Of a stretch of 64,000 nt of DNA, positions 13,561-24,691 are shown piece after piece; within the stretch, counting starts at the first letter, position 1, and each line of letters starts with the position of its first letter. The DNA comes from Macrostomum lignano (taxonomy: Eukaryota). Under the pieces are notes generated by a model. It saw only the letters and a program-made list of their open reading frames with translations, ran no database searches and was not told the DNA's origin. Position numbers and translations under genes: made by a program. The stretch covers positions 2,616,988 through 2,680,987 of the forward strand of contig NIVC01000001.1 of NCBI GenBank assembly GCA_002269645.1, given 5' to 3'.

Positions 13561-13648
13561 GCACGGCTTGTGCGTGCAACAACGCCATAGACACTCGTGC
13601 GCTACGCGCACTCGTGGTTCTAGGCGTTGTTGCACTTGCAAGCCGTGC
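13561..13648. other. Hairpin 1 (26-bp arms, 23/26 paired) around core CACTCGTGCGCTACGCGCACTCGTG (13592-13616)
   Basis: GCACGGCTTGTGCGTGCAACAACGCC pairs with GGCGTTGTTGCACTTGCAAGCCGTGC. Confidence 0.9.
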
Positions 13649-13759
13649 ACTATCTTTCCATTGTATCACGCTGGCGCGCGTTAGATGCACGATTTACTGT
13701 GCGTCTAATGTAGGTGTCTATGGCAATTTTCTATCTGAGTAAAAGCAACAAGCGTGCGT

Positions 13760-14224
13760 CTAACGCGTGCGTGTAATGCACGGAAAGTGAGTATATTTTA
13801 ATAAGTATACTTCTGCTACAAGTACAACGTACAAGCGAAGTGAGCCATAGAAGTATCGCAATAGACTGTCGATCTCGCGCGGTGTAGAAGTCGCCAAATC
13901 ACGCTGAACTGACGGATGGTTCTCCATGAAGCTCTGCAACTTACCGACATAATATTCGGTAGCCTTTGTCACACTTTTACTAGCAGCGGTGTCCTCGATT
14001 TCGGAAACGAGCTGTTCCAATTCAAGTAGTTCAGCTTCTTCGTCAGGTATCTTCTTGAAAAGTGCCTCCAGAAGATCCTCCTCTTCTCGATCAATTGCCG
14101 ACTCCGGTAGATTATCAGGCTCGTTCAGAATGTCGTCAATCTCATTGGTGGACAAGCCGGAAATCATTTCGTTCGGAAATTTGCTCAGATTCAGAAGTCT
14201 GACTTTAGTTGGTGGCTCAGCCAT
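13760..14224 (-). CDS. Truncated paralog of the Crypton recombinase N-terminal region (no catalytic domain)
   Basis: LNLSKFPNEMISGLSTNEI aligns with IQMSQFPDNCITGLTTAEI of the full YR (9/19 identical); EIDSLLRYFYGSLR aligns with ELAEKLKFFYATLR. Confidence 0.7.
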   Translation of the reverse strand: MAEPPTKVRLLNLSKFPNEMISGLSTNEIDDILNEPDNLPESAIDREEEDLLEALFKKIPDEEAELLELEQLVSEIEDTAASKSVTKATEYYVGKLQSFMENHPSVQRDLATSTPREIDSLLRYFYGSLRLYVVLVAEVYLLKYTHFPCITRTR

Positions 14225-14390
14225 ATTCTCTCACAAGTGATTTTAATTTAACAGCTTCTTATTCCCTTCTTCGCAACACTCAATCAACTTGCGTGCCTTT
14301 CACGCATTTTTGTCTATGGTTAAGACAAATTAACTGAGCGTGCATCTAACGCGCCATCTAAAGTATTAAGCCAACGTAATACAATGCAAC

Positions 14391-14486
14391 TCATACATCG
14401 ATTTTTTGTGCTTAAATGGTCTATGGCACTCGTGCGCTGCGCGCACTCGTGCATAGACCATTTAAGCACGCAAAATCGATGTATGA
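14391..14486. other. Hairpin 2 (35-bp arms, 33/35 paired) around core CACTCGTGCGCTGCGCGCACTCGTG (14427-14451)
   Basis: TCATACATCGATTTTTTGTGCTTAAATGGTCTATG pairs with CATAGACCATTTAAGCACGCAAAATCGATGTATGA. Confidence 0.9.
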
Positions 14487-15112
14487 ATCCTACATTGTAA
14501 GGGGAAAGATGTTGGGTGTGGCCATAGACGACTCAGTCGCACACACACCCAGCCATGAGCTAAAGAAGCAATACTTCAAGCTTGGAAATAAAAAAAGAAA
14601 AGTTACGATAACATGAAATAAGACGCTCTGCTAAGAGTGCAACTTTTAAGTTGACCTTGTTGATCTTGACTCACTGTCTTCCGCTAGAGAAGAAGTCATA
14701 ACAGTGACAACTTCAATAGATACTGTACTATAAGTTTTGCTTTCTTAAATTTACTTGTGCCCGACTTCGAAGTACAGTCCGTGTGCCGCAAATTATAAAT
14801 TTCGCTGCCGTTTCTTCCGCGGTGTGCATGTATGCATGTGTATACTTTTCTAATCACGTAAACTACGTCAACAATAAACTACGTTGATTGCCTTTGACAC
14901 GGTTGTCCCTACGCCGTCCGGACTTAAAAATGCACTCACTCCGAATCCGAGACTCCAAGCTAGGGGGCGTACACGCACCTATTTGAAAACGTGTTATACA
15001 TGTAATTTGGCATGATTACAACAAATTACCTTTTACTTGAATGGCAAGGACTAATGGCAATATGTTAAATTTCAACGAGTTTCGTAGCTTTCTTTAACCT
15101 TTAGCATTCGCC

Positions 15113-15240
15113 GAATTGGCTGTCGCCGAACTGACTTGTCGTCGAATCGGTTGTCGTCGAATCGGTTGTCGTCGAATCGGTTGTCGTCGAATCGGTTGTC
15201 GTCGAATCGGTTGTCGCCGAATTACTTGTCACCGAATTAA
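15113..15240. repeat. 15-bp tandem repeat (GTTGTCGTCGAATCG)
   Basis: About 5 clean and 3 degenerate copies visible. Confidence 0.85.
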
Positions 15241-15877
15241 CTGGGAAGTGCACTCAAACACTACTATCATCAAATGCCAGTCGCATCAATGACCCAGTAC
15301 GTACGTGCTCACATGTGATGTTGTGGTAGGCGAGGCCTCCCACTATTCCCACCGAATGTAATTTTATTTTCCTCTGCGTGGATTGCTCACCGAGTAAAAT
15401 TGCGTTACGTATATTGATGGCGATGCGTCATTTCCCTGCGTGGAAATCCCCAATTTTTTCTTTTAGTGTAATTCGGGTTCCCACTCCCCGTAACTTTCGT
15501 TTTACTGCATGTTACATGTAACTTGACTCATCTAGTGTTACCCATCTTTCCATTGCGTGTAACCCCTCTCTCCCACCCGGGGTGATTCCCCTTTCCTCCC
15601 GGTGGCTCCTGAGAGCGAGAGTCTGTGCCCCTTCTTTCCCACCAGACTCTCGCTTTGGACCCCTTACCAGACTCTAGTTTGAAGCCCATGTCCCAGACTC
15701 CAAGATACGAGGGGACCCTTAAGTGTAAGCCCAGTTTTCCCAACCCGACCAGCTCTTCTCTTGCTCCACTAAGTAGTATTTATTTTACTTAACGCTGTAT
15801 TACTGCGTTATTAATTAACTGTATTACTTAACTGTACTTAAGCTGTATTACTTAACGCCTTTTCTTAAACCGCGTTA

Positions 15878-15913
15878 ATAATAATAATAATGATAATAAT
15901 ATCAATGATGATG

Positions 15914-15955
<42 letters not shown>
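15878..15955. repeat. (TAA)n microsatellite
   Basis: Directly visible. Confidence 0.95.
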
Positions 15956-17989
15956 TTCAGCCTAAGGCCACTAATATATAAGCCAGTTAATTTGTGTGTT
16001 AAACGGTGTCTTGGTCCTCAGTGACCTCGGAAGCAAATATTTCATGCCCTCGGTGGTCGACTCAGAGTTCTAGGGCAGATTCGAGCAGATTTGAACTTTG
16101 AGATTTGAACCCTGACAATCGGAGCTTTTCTCCGCGAATTACCGCAGTAGTAGCAGCAAACTACCTACTCTTAGTACAACACCCAGCAAATTTAGTCTAT
16201 TTTAAGTTCTCCATAGCGGCTACATTTCTGTATTAGGCAATCTGAAAGACGGCAATCACTAGACCGCTCAGTCATGACCACAGCTACCCTAAGTAGGACG
16301 CCCCCCTGCAGTAGTCTGATTGGTTTCCCTGGCGCGCCCAATCGCAATGAAGAGACGCCCGCTGCCGCCCAGCTCTGATGAGATGGTGGCTCTTTCAAAT
16401 GAAGTGACGCCTAGGAGAGAGAAATGTAAGATGAAACGGAATCCTACGTTTTAACTGTAGGGTCATGGAAATAAGCTAGGAAGTAAATACCATTTCGAAT
16501 TCGGTACACCGCTTTACCCATTACAGTACATTATGACTACATGTAGTGCACATGGAAGTACATAAATGTACATCTAAAGTATATTATACACATTTAAATG
16601 TCTAACAGACACATGCACAGCTGTACAACTACATTTAGATGCTTATGTAAAATACACGTACAATTCTTATAGATACTAAATGATTTGGCATGTAATGTGT
16701 ATAATTTACACGAATTGCCATGTATACTTGTTTAATTCGAAACGGTGAGAACCGCGCAGAACAAAGTTTTATTTATACGTACATGAATTTTTACATGTAC
16801 ATGTACATCATGTACAAGTACAGTTGTACTTCATAACTGTATATGAGACATGTACCTACCAGTACATGAAAATTGTGCACTCCTTTCATGTACAGTTTAA
16901 ACTAGATTGTACAGTACGAGTTTTGGCAGGATTTTTACAGTATTCAGAGCAGACTGATTTGTGCTTTGCATGTGCTCTGCATGTACTTGTATGAGCTTCA
17001 CATGATGGTGTGAGAGATACGTGACGTACATGTAGAAATACTATAATTCGACTAATACATGTACAATCAGAGCAGAATTGCTCAAGTTCTGCACTAACTT
17101 CCGCCGTATGTCAGTATTTGTATTAAGTAATGACATATATCTCCATCATATACATGTACCTAATTATCCCCTAAGATAATAAATTAAATCAATACTTTCT
17201 AATCATAAATGTGTACCTAGCTAGCTTCAATATCAAGTTCGCACATAAAAATTAAATGAAAGTAGCCGATTAATGCAAATGACAGAAAGTTGCATGTAGC
17301 TACATGTACAGGTAGGTTCTCGCGTCTCTATTGAAAAGAAAAGATTGGAGAGAGAACTGGTACATCTACATGGAGAAAAAAGCATGTGACGACACGTCCA
17401 GTCAGCAGAAGGCAGGCCTAAATGCTGTTTACTCGTCGCTCATTGGCTCATTGGCTGGGCTCCAGCCCCATTCTTCACTCTCGAAGCCAACCCAACCCCA
17501 CTCCGTCACCCCCTCTTACCCCAGACAGCAGTTGGGCACGCGTGTGTCGGTGGCACCCCCCTCCCCAGTGTACACACGAGTAAACAGCAGCCTACAGCTG
17601 CAACCCCCCTTCTGTGCCAGCACCACCAGACAGAGAACTTAAAAAGCTAGCCTGGCTACATGTTCCCAGCTAAGCGACCTAAAGCCCCGATTGAATCGCA
17701 GTTAAAAGCAACAGCTTATAGCTACTTCAAATCCCTTTCAAGAAATTCATTCGAAAGTCATTAAACAGTCTCCGATCACGTCTGATCGTCTTTAACAGTG
17801 CCTAAAATGTAAGTGCAAATATGGCTGCATATCTATTAAATGTTATTTTATCTCTGGCTCTGTGAATCTTTCAGAAGCAGTCCTGTAGCAAGATTAATTT
17901 TCACGTGACATACACATATTATAGGAGACTTTAGGGACCGCTATTTTATTTTGACGGGTTGCCATTTTTTGAATTGGTGCCATTTTTAT

Positions 17990-18207
17990 ATGAAAGGGTG
18001 CCATCTGCCATGTCATTTGAAGGGGTGCCATTTTATTTAAAGGGGTCATTGGGGTGTCATTTCATTTGAAGGGGTGCCATTTTATTTAAAGGGGTCATTG
18101 GGGTGTCATTTCATTTGAAGGGGTGCCATTTTATTTAAAGGGGTCATTGGGGTGTCATTTCATTTGAAGGGGTGCCATTTTATTTAATGGGGTCATTGGG
18201 GTGTCAT
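17990..18207. repeat. 49-bp tandem repeat, interrupted by an LTR element and resuming at 20095-20130
   Basis: TCATTTGAAGGGGTGCCATTTTATTT recurs at 18013, 18062, 18111 and again after 20095. Confidence 0.9.
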
Positions 18208-20094
18208 TGTCGCGACTTTCCTAGTCATTTCTTTAGTTCACCTTCACTTGTCTCTGTTTACTCCGTTTTCTCTCTCTCTGTCTAGCTCAATCTTGTTATT
18301 CTTATCTCTCTCTCTCCCTTGCTGCCTTCTGATTGGTTCTCCATTCTCGCCTCTCTCTTCAGTCGCGCACTTCACCCCTCTCCTTATTATCTGGAGTCAA
18401 CCCCCCTCTAAATTAGTCATATAAATATACTTGTTTGGGCCCTGCGCCCACTTACTGGCGTATCTTAGTATTCAATTTAACATCTAATTTAGTTCTAGTG
18501 TTTTTAGTCTTATTTTCTCTACATGGCGCCCAATGAAAAATAATTCAGTCAATACAGTAAGGCTGGCAAAGGCCATGCCATCGTCGTTGTCGTAGCCCTA
18601 CACCAGTCATCTCGTCATCCCGTCATCGACTCCTAATCGTCTCGTCTCTGCTTGCCGGCCTCTCAATCGTCTCGTTGCCGGCCTCTCAATCGTCTCCTCT
18701 CTGGTTGCCGGCCTCAATCGTCTCGTCTCTGCTTGCCGGCTTCTCAATCGTCTCGTCTACCGGCCTCTCAATCGTCTCCTCTCTGGTTGCCGGCCTCTCA
18801 ATCATCTCATCTCTGGTTGCCGGCCTCAATCGTCTCGTCTCTGGTTGCCGGCCTCTCAATCGTCTCGTTTCTGCTTGCCGGCCTCTCAATCGTCTCGTTG
18901 CCGGCCTCTCAATCGTCTCGTTGCCGGCCTCTCAATCGTCTCGTTGCCGGCCTCTCAATCGTCTCGTCTCTGGTTGCCGGCCTCAATCGTCTCGTCTCTG
19001 GTTGCCGGCCTCTCAATCGTCTCGTCTCTGGTTGCCGGCCTCTCAATCGTCTCGTCTGCCGGCCTCTCAATCGTCTCATCTCTGGTTGCCGGTCTCGTCT
19101 TCGGAGTCGGTGCCGGCAGCATATTCACATTTCAACTCGGGCTGTCGGTCTCGTCTTCGGAGTCGGTGCCGGCAGCATATTCGCATTTCAACTCGGGCTG
19201 TCGGTCTCGTCTTCGGAGTCGGTGCCGGCGGCATATTCACAATTCAACTCGGGCCGTCGTCACGTCTTCGGAGTCGGTGTCGGCAGTCAATCTCACCGGT
19301 CTTTGTCAAACGTTCTTCACTCGGTTCCACTCCTCTCTTGTCAATGTCTTCAGTCGTCTCCAGTCGTTCTTTTCATCAACCTGATTCTCATCTCATCTCA
19401 TCTCTCGTACTCAACTGACGATATTTTTAATATTTTTTCTGTACTGTACATGTACCAGTTGTCATCAGTTAAAAATTACTAAATTGTTTGGGGGGAGGGC
19501 TAGTCTATCCAGTCTCATCTCTATTCAGTCTTTTCAGTCTTCTCATTGGTTCAAAAACTACTCAATAAAAATCTAAGTTTAAAATTCGGTCTTAATATTT
19601 TGCATTCGCTCTACTGTTTTTGTATTCAAATTCTTAGTCATTATGTATTTTTCAAATCGTTTTATACACCATTTATTGTGAATGTGTTTTTCAATTTAAT
19701 TCGACTTAATTCTAACTCATTTATTTCAATTGGTAATGGTAGTCACTTATTAAAAAATGTTCCATTTTTTGGGGGGAGTGTCGCGACTTTCCTAGTCATT
19801 TCTTTAGTTCACCTTCACTTGTCTCTGTTTACTCCGTTTTCTCTCTCTCTGTCTAGCTCAATCTTGTTATTCTTATCTCTCTCTCTCCCTTGCTGCCTTC
19901 TGATTGGTTCTCCATTCTCGCCTCTCTCTTCAGTCGCGCACTTCACCCCTCTCCTTATTATCTGGAGTCAACCCCCCTCTAAATTAGTCATATAAATATA
20001 CTTGTTTGGGCCCTGCGCCCACTTACTGGCGTATCTTAGTATTCAATTTAACATCTAATTTAGTTCTAGTGTTTTTAGTCTTATTTTCTCTACA
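18208..20094 (+). mobile_element. Non-autonomous LTR retroelement (TRIM/LARD-like), 1887 bp
   Basis: 316-bp LTRs TG...CA at 18208-18523 and 19779-20094, no differences seen by eye; 5-bp TSD GTCAT (18203-07, 20095-99); PBS TGGCGCCCAA at 18524; PPT GGGGGGAG at 19771-78; no gag/pol. Confidence 0.95.
18640..19275. repeat. Internal minisatellites of the LTR element (about 30-bp unit, then a 56-bp unit x3)
   Basis: CTCTCAATCGTCTCGTCTCTGGTTGCCGGC variants, then GTCTCGTCTTCGGAGTCGGTGCCGGCAGC... repeats. Confidence 0.9.
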
Positions 20095-20254
20095 GTCATT
20101 TCATTTGAAGGGGTGCCATTTTATTTTAGTCAGAACCATTTCACTCGAGTGGGTATCAATTTATTTGAGTCGAGTGAGCTTGCTGTCGCTTTCACACGTT
20201 TCACATTGCATCCACACAGAATCGAACTCCGGACCCTTATAAAATAATTCTCCA

Positions 20255-22687
20255 ATGTCATCATCTGGTAGGCGCCGCAAGACCAGCAATCCGCAGCGCC
20301 TGACGGCCGCTCCAATTAGCTCCGCCTCAGGCGACCCCACTGTGCCCGAACTTGTTGCTGCACCAGACGGTGCGGCAGTTGTCTCACCTCGCGATGCTCC
20401 AGGCTCGCCAGTCCCGCAGCATCAGCTGCTGTCCTGCCGACTCGGACTCATGGTCGCCGATCTCAGCCGCCTGACGGCCGACCTGGCGCTGTCAACGTCG
20501 CAAAATTCAACGACAGCGGCGGCGGCAGCTTCGGCTGCATTGGCGTTGGAATTCCTCACCAGCGCGCACACGCAGCTGCTTGGAGGTGTCGGCTGCTGCC
20601 TGCGACAATTCCCGGATGCGCAAGCTGAGCCGCCGCATCTGGCGGTCCTGAAGCATCCAGCAGCGACTGCAGGCGTCACGCTGCTGAAGTCGCAAGCTGA
20701 AATCGCGCTGCCAAATTCGAGGAATTCCGATCAAGAAAAGCCAGCCAACCAAACCGGCAGAGCAGCTCCAGGCCAGCCGCCCGTCACTGCAGAAGCAGCT
20801 TCTCGGGCCCGGGTTAGGTGCGGGAAACAGCTGAGCGAGCCGGACAAAGTAGATCCAAATTTTCGACCGTGGGTGTCCGAGGATGGGGTAAGTGTTGAGC
20901 ATTCGATCGCATGATGCGATGATTGCTCGAGTGCGACCTTCCAATGTAATCAGTTAACTATCCCTCAACCATCCGCCCCTCAACTATCCGCCCTCAACCA
21001 CCTGCCCTTTAACCATCCGCCCTTCAACCATCCGCCCCTCAACCATCCGCCCCTTAATCATCCACCCGTCAACCATCCGCCCCTTAATCATCCACCCGTC
21101 AACCATCCGCCCCTTAATCATCCGCCCCTCTACCATCTGCCTCTTAGCTCGTAATCATCCGCCCCTTAATCACTCCGCCCGTCAACCATCCGCCCCTCAA
21201 CCATCCGCCCCTTAACCATCCGCCCCTTAACCATCCGCCCCTTAATCACTCCGCCCCTTAACCATCCGCCCCTCAACCATCCGCCCGTCAACCATCCGCC
21301 CCTTAACCATCCGCCCCTTAACCATCCGCCCCTTAACCATCCGCCCCTTAATCACTCCGCCCCTAACCATCCGCCCCTCAAGCATCCGCCCTTTAAACAT
21401 CCGCCTCTTAACCATCCGCCCCTTAACCATCCGCCCCTTAATCACTCCGCCCCTCAACCATCCGCCCCTCAACCATCCGCCCTTTAAACATCCGCCCTTT
21501 AAACATCCGCCTCTTAACCATCCGCCCCTCAACCATCCGCCCCTCAACCATCCTCCCCTCAACCATCCGCCCCTCAACCATCCGCCCCTCAACCATCCGC
21601 CCGTCAACCATCCGCCCCTTAATCATCCGCCCCTTAATCATCCGCCCGTCAACCATCCGCCCCTTAATCATCCGCCCCTCTACATCTGCCTCTTAGCTCG
21701 CAATCATCCGCCCCTTAATTACTCCGCCCCTTAACCATCCGCCCTCAACCATCCGCCCCTCAACCATCCGCCCCTTAACCATCCGCCCCTTAATCACTCC
21801 GCCCCTCAACCATCCGCCCCTCAAGCGCAGTGTCACCCTGTCCGCCAAGCACCCGTCAGTCACCCTGACAATCGAGGCGCACCAGCGTTTGCTCTGGTCC
21901 GCTCACGGCGTAGCAACTCTGCATCTTCGAGGCCTGTTGAAGCACTTCTTCAGCCGTGAGGTGCTGGCTGAGTCCTCAGTCACTGGCGTCGGTGCGTACA
22001 AACGGCAGCTGGACAAAGACATCGTCTTGGGCATTTTCGGTACGTTTTTCATACTGAAGTCCAGAAATGTAATAGATACGTACCTGAAATCATGCCTTAT
22101 TGGCTAGGCCAAAGGGGTTCCAACCCGAAGGGTTCCAACCCGAAGGGTTCCAACCCGAAGGGTTCCAACCCGAAGGGTTCCAACCCGAAGGGTTCCAACC
22201 CGAAGGGTTCCAACCCGAAGGGTTCCAACCCGAAGGGTTCCAACCCGAAGGGTTCCAACCCGAAGGGTTCCAACCCGAAGGGTTCCAACCCGAAGGGTTC
22301 CAACCCGAAGGGTTCCAACCCGAAGGGTTCCAACCCGAAGGGTTCCAACCCGAAGGGTTCCAACCCGAAGGGTTCCAACCGAAATATGTTTGACTGATAC
22401 GCTAGCGTCGAATCGAACATGATATACATGTACGCTGATATACATGTCAGATTCAAATCTGGGAAACTGAAACATTCATTAAAACAAAAATAAAATTCAC
22501 AGACTACATCGGCAATCGGTATCCTGGGGCTATGACCGAATCTCGAATGCGCCTGTGCTGCACTGACGTCTGCGTTCAGGCGCGACGCCGTAGACGAAGC
22601 CGCGACGTTATCATGGTCGCCTCTGGAGACGACGATGCGAGGGTCGGCGATGCACAGCTCGGTGACGGCGACGACTCATCGTGTTGA
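20255..22687 (+). CDS. BEN-domain protein, 3 exons: 20255-20887, 21826-22039, 22503-22687 (343 aa)
   Basis: Donors GGG|GTAAGT and G|GTACGT; acceptors CAAG and CACAG; phases compatible. Exons 2-3 give LRGLLKHFFSREVLAESSVTG...KRQLDKDIVLGIFDYIGNRYP...ESRMRLCCTDVCVQARR, a BEN-like pattern. Confidence 0.8.
20960..21825. repeat. About 15-bp C-rich minisatellite (AACCATCCGCCCCT[C/T]) in BEN intron 1
   Basis: Directly visible; units of 14-16 bp. Confidence 0.95.
22116..22382. repeat. Near-perfect 15-bp tandem repeat (GGTTCCAACCCGAAG) x about 18 in BEN intron 2
   Basis: Directly visible. Confidence 0.97.
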
Positions 22688-24264
22688 TCAAGGATGCCAT
22701 GACAGTGTTTGAGCAACTGCATTTTATAGCTTTGTTATTCTGGTTCGATTAGCTTGCATGCACATGTTCAGTATCTATTATACGAGCTCGTACGCTCGTA
22801 TGTACTTTAATTCCCAGCTACATGTAAGTGTATATGTACATCTACATGCGCTAAGTTTGTTTCTTGACGAATAAAATTAGCGGTTGAAAAAATTTCTCAT
22901 GAATTTCTATTCAACTTTGAATGGCTTTAGCTTACATGTATGTACATGACATGTATATGAAAATTTAGAGATCGTATATGTACTACCTATGCATGTACAT
23001 ATGTGAAAATAAACTATTATAGCTGTATAACATGATCAAGTTTTAATTGCATGTACATGTAAATGTCATAATTTAATCAGAAGGTATGCACATTCACAAG
23101 GGTGCTTTCATAGTTCGAACTACTGTAGTTTTTGCTATCGTGAAATTTTGACGTTTGGGAAGTTTCGACCTTTAAAATTTCGACCTTGTAAAAGTGCATG
23201 CTGCTATTTGAATTCTCGATGTGAGATTTCGACCTTGTCAATTTTCGCGTTTGTGAACCCCCTCTCCTGTACAGCGCGTGAGCGACTGCACGATTTAGAT
23301 GTGTATGTATACTGTACACATTAGAGATATGTATGCATGTAAGCTACTAAGTTTAGTTGTGTATAGAGAACAACTTTTGTATGTTTCTCACAATACTCTA
23401 GAATACACTTATCACCTGAGTATGCATATGAAAATAGCTCCATGACATGAGTAGCTCACAGAACAAAATTGGTGGCATCTACAAATTGGTCCCAGTGGAT
23501 AAAGTTTTTTGTACGTTGTGATATGGCTAAATGAATGAGTGTAAAGGTTCGTTTTTTTGTTTAGATAATTCAATTTTCCTTGTGGTAAAGATGCTCTTGT
23601 AAGTAGAACAGAGTGCCTGTGCCTTTTATTTATATGGGGGTAATGAGGTAAATAACATTCTATAATTCGGGATGTTCGGAAACTGCTTTTTAGAATAAGC
23701 GCGCGGATTTAAAAAACGGATCAGTTTAAAAAGTTCAAAGAAAGTTAAACGTTTAAGAGTTGGTGTTTAAAAAACGTTTAAAAATCTACAGATTCGTATT
23801 GTCCAAACAGGCTGTTCATTCTGAGCCACTATTACTAGCTACTACTAAAAAACGGCGGATCTTGACTTCACGATTTAACATGATTATTGAATTCCATGCG
23901 TAAGCGCCAAGCCCAGTTAAATTACCCGGAAATTTTTAGAAGCCCCAAACCCCAACGAGCTAGCTACATATGACAGATGAGATTGAGATTTGTATTTAGG
24001 ATGTTCTAGGTAGTAGGCCTATTAGTAAGCTAAAAGAAATTTTTATTATTAGGTCTCTTTATATGACTGATATTGTATATGTATAAATTATTATACTATG
24101 TGGGAATGGAAAGTAGCCTTTTTTGTTGGTCCTACAATTCTAACAGTATCTAGACAGTGGTGGTCATGGATCCAGGATTTTTAAACTAAGGTGGGGGACA
24201 GATTGGCCTAAATTTTGGGTTGGCCCAAAATAAGCCCAAATTACAATACATCCCTAAGATGGTG

Positions 24265-24691
24265 TAGGGGCCTAGGACCAAGACTGCCACACACCAAGAC
24301 CGCCACACTTGGGGGAGCTAGGAGGGAGGAATTTGGCTCGCCATGTTATTGGATGGTGCTGAGAAGGGGTGAGATGGGGAGAGCCAGCAAGACAAAGCCA
24401 CGAGAGAGGAACTGGTGAGCAGGCCAGCCTGGCCAGGTAGGTGGTGAGCCAGGCTCCTTGTTTTTTTCATTTAATTTGAATTGTTAAAATTGCCCTGGTT
24501 GACTTGCAATCATTTTGGGCCACTTATTCATCTTATTAGTGACCAATCTTGGGACACTTCCTCCTCATCTAACTTCACAACCCATCAACCAATAGCAATG
24601 CTGTTAAGATTGGTAGCTTCCCCTCAATTCCAATAGTCAGTAAGAGCTGTGGCGGTCTTGGTATGTGGCGGTCTTGGTCATGCGCCCCCTA
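24265..24691. mobile_element. MITE-like element with doubled 15-bp subterminal inverted repeats
   Basis: ACCAAGAC(T/C)GCCACA x2 at about 24277-24308 versus TGTGGCGGTCTTGGT x2 at about 24647-24680; ends TAGGGG...CCCCCTA. Confidence 0.6.

Larger units (their letters stand above)
11525..14530 (-). mobile_element. Crypton-type tyrosine-recombinase DNA transposon locus: two tandem modules with inverted repeats and hairpins
   Basis: YR ORF plus truncated paralog; IR 11525-11546/13531-13552 (21/22); IR about 13661-13693/14338-14385; hairpins 13561-13648 and 14391-14486. Confidence 0.8.

Noticed and set aside
18686-19384. Antisense charged-repeat ORF (DETIERPATR) inside the LTR element
   Set aside because: Variable unit lengths and the 56-bp repeat break the frame repeatedly.
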